Shown here: in pieces, positions 54,263-64,000 of the stretch | Position numbering within the stretch: position 1 is the first letter of the stretch | Layout: every line of letters begins with the position of its first letter | DNA from: Octopus vulgaris | Taxonomy: Eukaryota | Length of the DNA stretch: 64,000 bases | Reading direction: 5' to 3' | Assembly: GCA_951406725.2 (NCBI GenBank) | Contig: OX597818.1 | Span: 120,466,001-120,530,000 of the forward strand | Program-made: the position numbers and the translations under genes | The notes under the pieces: model-generated | The model's input: only the letters and a program-made list of their open reading frames with translations | Told to the model about the DNA's origin: nothing | Database searches by the model: none

Positions 54263-54632
54263 ATATAATTTTTGCAAAATTCTTGATGTGAACTTGGTTG
54301 TTGAAACAGACATTGTTGTGCTTTGGGAAGATCGTACTGCTTACAAAAGCACACGCACACACACACTGGTTGTATATTACTGCAAATTTATCTACCAATT
54401 AATTAACAAAAAGTATTATGAATTAATGTTCCAGACATCAATTTAATACCTGAAAAGTTACGGAATCTCTTCAAATTCTTGGTTATTTTATAAGTTAATT
54501 TTAACAGATAGACAATGTGTTTCTTTAAAAATACAGTCATGAAAAGTGTCAAATGTTTTTTATGAAGTCTGGTTAACTTAGCCTGTTACCTACCTGACTT
54601 TTGTTTTATATTTTGTAATTTTAAAATTTCAG

Positions 54633-54708
54633 GAGTGAGAGTGTTGCAGGTAGTGAGGAGACGGTACCACGTCGCCCTGGCCAGTATACAGAGTCCCCAC
54701 CACCAGCA
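54633..54708 (+). CDS. TTYH: TTYH exon: (L)SESVAGSEETVPRRPGQYTESPPPA
   Basis: atttcag/gtaagt, 76 nt, phase 2 to 0 fits the preceding exon; SPPP followed by an intron as I recall for vertebrate TTYH2/3 tails. Confidence 0.8.
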
Positions 54709-54748
54709 GTAAGTAAACTATATCCATTTGTCAGTCACTAAATATATA

Positions 54749-54799
<51 letters not shown>

Positions 54800-55122
54800 A
54801 TATATATGTACCTTGTCTGTTTTTCACCCAGACTGCTACCACTACCTCTACCACCACCACCACCACCACCAGCATTTCACCTTCACTCCCTCTTCAAAGT
54901 CTTTCCTTCATGTAACTTTCATGAACACCAAAAAAAAAAAAAAAATTGCAAAAAGGTAAAACAAATGGTAGAAGATATATTGGTGTTTGGTTGTTCCTTT
55001 ATCTTTCCCCTTTGACTCTTTCTCTCTCTCTCTTTCTCTCTCTATCTCTCTCTCTCTCTTTCCCTCTCTTTTGTAGTCCTGGAAACTTGAAAAAACTTTT
55101 TTCCATTTGTGATTTGTCTGCC

Positions 55123-55178
<56 letters not shown>

Positions 55179-57444
55179 ACACACACACTAAATAAAGAAG
55201 GAGGTCTCTAAGTGGTTACTGAACCTTCTAGAGATAGGTGTCAAATCTCTCAAATCACACCTTATGTTTTTAAATAGGAAGGACACATTGTATAATCTAG
55301 TCATAAAGGTACAGACTGAAAGCAAGACCAGATGGTTGCGGCTAGAATGTCCTTGATCATTGATCAGGTTGATCAGAACTAGCCCGGGGCTAAACTGCAA
55401 CAATGTGTTCTGTAAGGAAGAAAAAGCATACTGAAGTGAAATTCACTATTCTATTGGATTTATACAAATTCCAATGAACTTATTTATTTCTGGCAAATAA
55501 AATACAGGATACAAGATATATGTAAGGTAAATTTAGATGCAGCAATTAGGAAGGGCATTAGGAAGGGCATCCAGCTGTAGAAACACTGCCAGATCAGAAT
55601 GAAGCCTGGTACAGCTTCCTGGTTCCCAGATCCCAGTGAAACCGTCCAACCCATGCTAGCATGGAAAACGGACGTTAAACAATGATGATGATGATGATAT
55701 ATATATATATATATCCCTCTCTCTCTTTTGGAGAGGCACAAGCACCTTCATGCACATATACACACACGGCAGTAACTTCCGCCTACTGAATTCAATCACA
55801 AAGCTTTGGTCGGCCCAGGTCTATAGCAGAAGACACTTGCCAAAAGTGCTATGTGGTGGGACTAAACCCGAAACCATGTATTAGGAAGCAATAAAAACCA
55901 AGTCAATTTTGTCAGAGCACCTTTTATGTCTCAGAATTATGAGATGATATGAACACTATACTGATAAAGTACTTTACCAATTTTCTTGCACTTTGAATGC
56001 TTATAGCATTAAGCCATTCACTCAGTAGTACATGTTTACAGCTAATCAGTTTGAGTTACGGAGTACATAAGATATAAATCTATATATTTTGAAGAATTTT
56101 ACATAGTACTGGTTGGTTTGACAAAATTATACTTGTATAAGTTCTGCAGGTAAAAAGGCCAGTTATTAGATTATTAGATGTTATTGCCAAGAATCTATTC
56201 CACATGAATCCAGAAATTCAGTAATCAGTAATGCAACACTAATAGTGATGATGAGAGTAATAATGATTAATGATAATAATAATAAAATGTCTGTAATGTT
56301 AACAATACCAAAGCTATACCATATATAGTATAGAAAGCTATAACCACATGGTTGTGGGTTCGATTGCAGTACATGGCACCTTGGGCATGTGTCTACCATA
56401 GCCTTGGGTTGACCAATGCCTTGTGAGTGAAATTTGGTAGACGGAAGCTGTGCAGAGATTCCGTCGTATATGTATGTATGTATAAATATATATATATGTA
56501 TGCATGTGTGTGTATATCTTCCACGGGCATATATTGATGAAAAATGTAAATATCGGCGAGAAAACTGCTAAACTGGTGCTTTCGAATGAAAATCCCTTGT
56601 GATATTTGTTCTGCCCGAGTTACACAGACAATCCCTTGTCACTCTTGCCATCGTAAATGCAGTGAACCAGTAATTGGCCCGTTGGAAACCTATAACCAAC
56701 GAAGCTATTTTTTCACAAAATGCAATATATAACTATAAAAATAAAAATATATATATATATATATACTTATATATACAAAACACATATTGGGTCTATTTAA
56801 CCAAATTTCTTACATACTCTCTACCTCATATATTAGTGCCATACTACAGATCAGCTTTTAGAATTCATCATTTCTGCAAGACATCCAGATAGTTTGGTAA
56901 ATATGGTGAACAAGTCTTCATATTTCACTGTATAATTTCTGTCATTGGTGTGAGGCACACATTCCATTGCTGCTTGTGATAGCTTGCTATATAATTTTTA
57001 ATTTGTGTCTGTGTGTGTGTGTATATATATATATATGCATATATATATATACATATAAACACTTTGAATGCGCAGTAGATATTAAACAGTTTTGTCTTGC
57101 AAACTATTTCCTTGTGATTGCATGTTTGATATATTTGACATTTACTATTGTTAATTATTATTATTATTTTTTTTTTTTTTATAATTATTTTCTTGTTATT
57201 GTCACATGTTTAGTTCTTTGACCTGTAAGCACCTCCCATCTGAACGGCTGCTGCTGGCAAAATCAAGGATTTGTATGTTTGCTTATCTTCCTTCTTAACT
57301 GACCATTTTTTTTTTTTCACAGCTTAAATCTTTTTATCAGTGCAGAATGTCATCATTGAGTAAAGAGTCTTGAAATAAAGAAAATATTAAAAGCTTATTT
57401 CTCAATATATAATATATATGTGTATGCATATATATATATTTACT

Positions 57445-57488
<44 letters not shown>

Positions 57489-58241
57489 GGATCATGGAAC
57501 CCTTGCAAACATGGAACATGGACATGAAATGATGATGATGAAGATAAAATATATATATTCAGAAATGAGCTTTTAAAATATGTCTGTATACACATATGTA
57601 TGTAGATAAGTATATGTGTGTGTGTATATATATGTATATATATATATATATATACACACACATACATATACATACACACATATAAAATATGTATATCCAG
57701 AAATGAGCTTTTAAAATATTTATGTGCATATGCATACATATATATATGTATAAAATACAAACTTTGTCTCTGTTTATTGGAATTATAATGAAAAAGAAAA
57801 AGAGATAATAAACTGCAATTCATAAAACGAATATTATACATAAATATATACATACATATTCTTTTTTTTTTTTTCATTGTAATTTATATGGAAATAAGTT
57901 GTTTGGTTGTTTTGTCTTTTTCTCAGTATTTGATATCTTGATATTCCTGGTAAAATATCTTATTCTATGGAGAGGAGATGATATGGTTGTTTAGTTAAGT
58001 ACTATTTAAATAAGTAGCTATCATAATACTTAATTATCTAAGTGTTTTAAAAAGAGTTAATAAAATTTTAAATCTTCAAACTATTGGCCTCATTTTTAGA
58101 GGTGAGAAGTATTTTAATATCTACGTCTATGCTGTTTCCTTCAACTCTGATCTTTATAAAGTGTCTTATTCCTAGATGTGTTCTAGATTTTGTACTAGAC
58201 TAGATTAAGACTATGAATATTTCATTTGTCTTACTTTCCAA

Positions 58242-58682
58242 CTACATGGTTTGAGGTTCAGTCCCACTGCATAGCACCTTGAGCAAGTGTCTTCTAATAT
58301 AGGCCTCAGGCCAACCAAAGCCTTGTGAGTGGATTTGGTAGTTGCCAATTGAAAGCAGGCCATCGTATATATGTATATACCGGCATAAGGCAGATGTTAA
58401 ACAATGATGATTGTGATGATGGTATATATCACACACACTCACATATAATATATGTATGTGTGTATTTGTGTCTGTGTTTGTCCCCCCACCACTGCTTAAC
58501 AACTGGTGTTTGTGTGTTTATGTCCCAGTAACTTAGTGGTTCAGCAAAAGAGACCAACAGAATAAGTAACAGACTTAAAAAAAAAAAAAAAAAAAGCACC
58601 AGGGTCAATGCATTCAATTAAAAGATTTTTCAAGGTGGTGCCCCAGCATGGCCACAGTCTAATGACTGAAAGAAGTAAAAGA
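58242..58682 (+). mobile_element. Family B SINE, diverged
   Basis: similarity to other copies. Confidence 0.8.
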
Positions 58683-59554
58683 AAAAATATAAAAAATTCA
58701 AGTATTGTTGTACACATCCAGGACTAAGACACCCTATGACAATCAGAGATCAAGCTAACTGTAAAGTAGTGTAGATGTAAATATTGAAAATCCAGCTCTG
58801 TCTAACTGCTCCTTTTGTGCTACCATACACTGCATGTTTGGATTTGCTTGCGTCATTTTTCTAGCAATAAGTTTCTCTAACCATTCTTTTGGCAATTTAA
58901 TTGAAGATTTTTAAAATGATAAGAAGGTTTAAAAGAATCATTACTTTTCCATGCCTGTTACGTATGGCCTGTTGCTTTGAAATAGCTTATCGTGCCAGTA
59001 TTAACAGGGCTTAATAGCCCATTCTGAAGATATTTCCAAACAGATAACAGTGGTTCTTTGACAGCATTTTGCTTCTGTTGCCTGTGATTGCCGCTTTTTG
59101 TGGAGCAGTGGCTTGGTAAAATTATTTGACCATCAAATTTCAAGAAAAGAGTTTGGTAGTTTATCAGAAAAAAGAAAGGAAAAAAAAAGGAAAAAAGAAA
59201 AGAAGTTCTTTTTGTTTCTCTATTTGTCATTTGCCCGAAGTTCAGTGATTGTATATTCTTTCGTTATTTATTCTATCATTTACAAAAACTGTTACAAACT
59301 ACACAGTGTTTTTTTAAAAGTTTTTATGCTGTCTTAAGGTTGGTTGCTGTCAGAAATTGGTGTAGTTCCACATACAGGTGGAATAGTGGAATGTATGGTA
59401 AAACATCCAAAATGTTGTATGCTTGACTATTATAGATTCGTAAAAATGGGGCATTATTACTCTTATCTCTTTAGAGAAATGTGTGTGGTCACATTCATAC
59501 CTTTCCCAAAGGTATTTAAATGCATATGAAGAATCACTACAATTTTACTTCACA

Positions 59555-59745
59555 CGTGCTGGTGGCATGTAAAAGCACCCACTACACTCTTGGAGTGGTT
59601 GGCCTTAGGAAGGGCATCCAGCTGTAGAAACTCTGCCTGATCAGATTAGAGCCTTGTGTAGCCATCTGGTTTGCCAGTCCTCAGTCAAATCGTCCAACCC
59701 ATGCTAGCATGGAAAGTGGACGTTAAACAATGATGATGATGATGA
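59555..59745 (+). mobile_element. Family A 3' part
   Basis: core plus (gat)n tail. Confidence 0.85.
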
Positions 59746-60123
59746 TATTTGTTTTAACTCAACATAATGAATGTGAAATATATATTGTAACAGCAGTGTG
59801 TATTTTGACAGGCTAGATGTAATATTAGATGTGATTTTAAGACACTAACATGTATTGTGACAGATATAGATGTGAAGTATTGTGGAGCTTTGCTTAAAGC
59901 CATGTAAACAGATGAAAAAAAAGAGGATCATACGTGCTTGGTTTATGCAGTTACTAATTTATCCTATATTTTTATCAAATTAGAACAGACTAATATGTTT
60001 ATTGTAAGCTTAGTTACAGAATAGCTTTTGAATTCAGTTGTTGCTTTGTTATGCAATAATATAGAAAAGGAATTTTTGTATTTGGTTTGCAAGACTCTTG
60101 AAGTGAACCTGTGTTTTGAAACA

Positions 60124-60560
60124 GATTTTGTTGAATCTTGGGAGGGTTATTATAATAGAACACTGGTTCTATTTCATTTCTTTTAGTCAGTTTGCTAGCT
60201 ATTTAACAATTAATTTATTGCTTGAGTAATCATTCAGTTAATCAATCAACTAGCTAGGTTCATCAAAGTCCTATTCTTACCAATTACAACTTCATCAATG
60301 CCATGCCCTCTGTGCCCAAGGATTGCTTCAGATCTAAAATGGAAGGCATGCCATTAATGAGGTTTTGATTGGTGACAAAAAGACTTTGACAAACGTTGTT
60401 GGTTGATTGATTGGATGAACAATTACTCAAGTAGTCAATTAGTTATTTGGTTATCTAGTTTAATAATAATAACAACAATAATCATAACAAAGAAGTGAAA
60501 TGCAACCGGTGCATGGGTTTTTTTATTGACATAATGACCTTCCTAAGATGCAACGAAATA
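60124..60560 (+). repeat. Long degenerate inverted repeat / RNA hairpin
   Basis: paired blocks such as gttgaatcttgggagggttattat / ataatgaccttcctaagatgcaac, cttgagtaat / attactcaag, tcaaagtc / gactttga. Confidence 0.8.
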
Positions 60561-61546
60561 GGAAAGACATTCCATAGTCTATTATGTCACTTTGTGTTTA
60601 AGTAAGTGTGAGTGAGTTAGAAGCTGGATGTTACATCTTTAGATTTTAATTGATGATTGATGGTATTACATAAAATTTTTTTTTTTCCTGAAGAACTGCA
60701 GTTTTTGTCTTCCTGTCAAAAACGTTTCAATCAATTTTCTTTCTGATGACATATTCACTGATATCTGCCCTAATCTAGCTTGTAGAAACCCTGTAGTAAA
60801 ACTCCTGGCTAAGTAGCTAATCTGCTTTGTAGTTTCCAGTGTATTTAATGTCTTAACTACTCATTTCTCCACTCTGTTCTTGTTGTACTGTTCTGTTATC
60901 ATCCATTTGCTTTAAGCCCTGGAAGGAAGATCACACTTAAGCACCATTTGTCTTAAGCTCTGGAAGGAAGATATATCATGCCTAAATACCAATTGCCTTA
61001 ATATTTTGAAAGAAGATAGAATATATTACCCAGTGGGTCAATAAATTCATCTTTGTTTATTTATCCAGTTTTTGTTTCTAAATATAATGTGTTTTGGTAA
61101 AATGATTTCCCCGCCAAAAATGTCATGAAATTACAAGGCATTAGTGGAGTCCCAATATTATGTGATTAGACATTTTTACAACATATCAAAGTTTGGAAGG
61201 CAGCTAATTTAAATATGAAGAGACTTTGTCCAAATGTGACATCTTTGTTGATCACATATCAACACACACACACACACACATATCTACAATTGCATATAGG
61301 CTGTGCATACTCTTGTACATATGAGCACTCACACATGTTGGCATACAATACACACTTGCAAACATATGCTTCCTTTCTCATGCACATGGATATACACACT
61401 CCTGCTCATGTACACATATGTATATAATTATACATATACTAAAAAATATTGACAAGCATTCTCAATATATAGAATCATTTTATCAATAAAATGTGGTATT
61501 ATAAAAAATATATTCAAATATAGATACTTGAATCTAAAGAATTGTT

Positions 61547-61583
<37 letters not shown>

Positions 61584-61589
<6 letters not shown>

Positions 61590-61668
61590 ATAATAATAAT
61601 AATATTAGGGAGTATAGCTCCAAACTTACATGGAAAAATTCGATTTAGTATTAAATCAAATTTCACAG

Positions 61669-61715
<47 letters not shown>

Positions 61716-61794
61716 ATAATAATAATAATATTAGGGAGTATAGCTCCAAACTTACATGGAAAAATTCGATTTAGTATTAAATCAAATTTCACAG

Positions 61795-61798
<4 letters not shown>
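61584..61798 (+). repeat. Two identical ~88-bp units embedded in (TA)n
   Basis: ttagggagtatagctccaaacttacatggaaaaattcgatttagtattaaatcaaatttcacagtatg twice. Confidence 0.92.
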
Positions 61799-61836
<38 letters not shown>

Positions 61837-62269
61837 TAGTAGATAATTAAGTTTGTTTATGTAATTTGAAATATAGATCACAGCATCTTCAGCAAGGAGT
61901 TTACTTTAGTTTAACTTGAGTCTCAATCTCTCTGACAAACAAGATCTTTTAATGAATAGTAGAAAATAAACTGAAATAAGACAAAATAAAAAATGCAATG
62001 AAACAACAGAAAACCTCCGTTTTTGATATTAGCACCCATTTATGTTTAACCTCTGTCTCATTCTTAAGCTTCTTGTTGCTCTTGTTATAGCACACCAAAT
62101 TTTCTTTTATTTCATAAATGTATTTTGTTTTTTAGTTTCTAACTAAATCAGGGATTAACCAGTTTGATATAAGCTTTAGGGAGAGTTTACGAAAAGAAAC
62201 AAAAGACGAAGACAGGTGGTGTACAAAACAAACAGATGTATTAGTATAATGCTCAGGAATAGAAAAAAT

Positions 62270-62305
62270 CTTTTACGTTTCGAGCCTACGCTCTTCTACA
62301 GAAAG
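62270..62305 (-). ncRNA. Minimal type I hammerhead-like motif in a Penelope/retrozyme-like repeat (62177-62340)
   Basis: minus strand cttt-CTGTAGA-a-gagc-gtag-gctc-GAAA-cg-TA-aaag; stems I and II pair perfectly. Confidence 0.55.
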
Positions 62306-62939
62306 GGACACAGAAAAAAATGTGTGTAGTGGCTAACAATATATGAGCTTTAGTTTGATCCCCAGTTGTCTCTTATTTCTTAGTTGTTAGTCTCCACATC
62401 TAACGAAACACTAATAATAAATAAATATGAATATTATAACAGAAACATATACATAAACATTTCTTTTAACAGCTGTGGCATTGTTGTTTTTAGTCATTAT
62501 TCTTCTTGCCTGTTTGATTTTTTATCTCTTACCAAATTCATCAGGTAAGCTCAAGGAATTGACAAATATTTGGTAACTTCATGCATAGGTTCTATAAACA
62601 GTTTGCATTATCTGGTGGTCACAACTGCCACCGTCATAATCTTTATTATTATTATTATTATTATTGATGATGATAATAATAATAATAATAATAATGATGA
62701 TGATAATAATACTTGTGAACTTGCAATAATTTTTTTCTAGTAAACTTAAATATTTGTTGTAAATTCAAGTGCAGTGTTTTACTTAAGACTTATTTTGATT
62801 GATACCAAGACTAGAACCAGACAACAGATTGGCTAATATTATACAAATTGCTATATAATATAAGGTGATACAACATAAACAACACCAATCTCTAAATGAT
62901 GTAAACACAGATGCACACAACACAAAATATACAATATTA

Positions 62940-62985
62940 TATTATATATATATATGCATATACATACATACATACATACACATAC

Positions 62986-63032
<47 letters not shown>

Positions 63033-63085
63033 CACACACACATATATATATATATATACATACATACACATATATATATACATAC

Positions 63086-63128
<43 letters not shown>

Positions 63129-63258
63129 TATACATATATATATATACACACATACACACACATATATATATACATACATATATACATATACATACACACA
63201 CACTTATACACACACACACACACACTTATACACACACACACACACACACACATATATA
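62940..63258. repeat. (TA)/(CA) compound microsatellite
   Basis: directly visible. Confidence 0.95.
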
Positions 63259-63828
63259 GGACACAATCATTCCCAATGTATTTGTCAACCCATGACTGTA
63301 AGAGAAGATACTTGCCCAAGAGGCCATGCAGTGAGAAAGAAACTAGGAAATGAGTTTATGAAACACATTCTGATTATGTCAGAGACAATTATGGATAGAA
63401 ATGAAAACTCCTTCATTTGCTTCAGGTCCCTAAAATTACAGCAAAAATGTAACCACAATAGCTTTACAGGTGTCAGCTTTTTGTTTCTTGTCCCCACCCA
63501 CCTCTGTTCCCTTCAAGAGACACCATCATCTCATCATAAATGGCATCCTTTAAAATAATAATAATAATAATTGATAAATAAATGAAGATTGGTAGATGTG
63601 TTTGTTATATTGTTTTGTGTAAACCTCTTTGTTTCGCATTTTGTCTCCTGTGTTTTAATGTTATTTTTTTGTGTGTGTTTGTGTGTTTTTATATCAATAT
63701 TTTTGTTGCTTTTATTTTCCTCCATATACACTATTATTATTATTATTATATATATTTTTTTTTGCAAATGTGTTTTTCCCATTAATGTGTGTTCTGTGTG
63801 GTAACACTTGTATCGTGTTGTGTTCCAG

Positions 63829-63903
63829 TACAGCCTGCTGTGTTATAATGAACCAGCCTTCCTGCATGACGACACACCAGCTATAGTTTCAAGTGAAGCG
63901 TGA
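63829..63903 (+). CDS. TTYH: TTYH terminal coding exon: YSLLCYNEPAFLHDDTPAIVSSEA*
   Basis: gtaac branch-like motif then tgttccag acceptor; starts with Tyr completing PPAY; TGA at 63901-63903. Confidence 0.72.
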   Translation, partial: YSLLCYNEPAFLHDDTPAIVSSEA

Positions 63904-64000
63904 CCATGTTGCTGTTGTGATCACCCAAGTATGTCTGAAAACTTGGGCATTTCCTCTGTGTCATTTCCAACCAATATGTAGCTTTGGAATTGTCCCTTCT

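Noticed and set aside
54728-55015. Poly-Pro ORF
   Set aside because: Arises from (CCA)n and (TA)n repeats; not in the frame of the upstream exon
61545-61832. Repeat-spacer-repeat pattern resembling CRISPR
   Set aside because: Eukaryotic context, spacers are (TA)n, only two units, no cas genes

Overview
Eukaryotic, AT-rich, microsatellite- and SINE-dense DNA; the repeat landscape suggests a coleoid cephalopod (Octopus-like; inferred, not verified). The whole window lies inside one + strand intron-rich gene for a Tweety-family (TTYH) membrane protein. I assembled 12 coding exons by hand (457-63903) with GT-AG sites and consistent phases, giving 415 aa; the N-terminal exons lie upstream of the window. 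Almost all ORF-track entries are microsatellite or repeat artefacts. The introns hold three abundant SINE-like families, CR1/L2-type LINE 3' ends, piggyBac-, hAT- and pogo-type MITEs, and Helitron/Helentron derivatives. Most notable: (i) five different minimal hammerhead-ribozyme-like motifs of the Penelope/retrozyme type, including a G3:C8 compensatory core variant; (ii) long intronic fold-back structures whose mismatches favour G-U wobbles on the transcribed strand, one with a loop complementary to an upstream 33-nt segment (pseudoknot-like topology); (iii) possible alternative C-termini that would change the number of PPxY motifs and the PDZ-type tail. Repeat boundaries are approximate.
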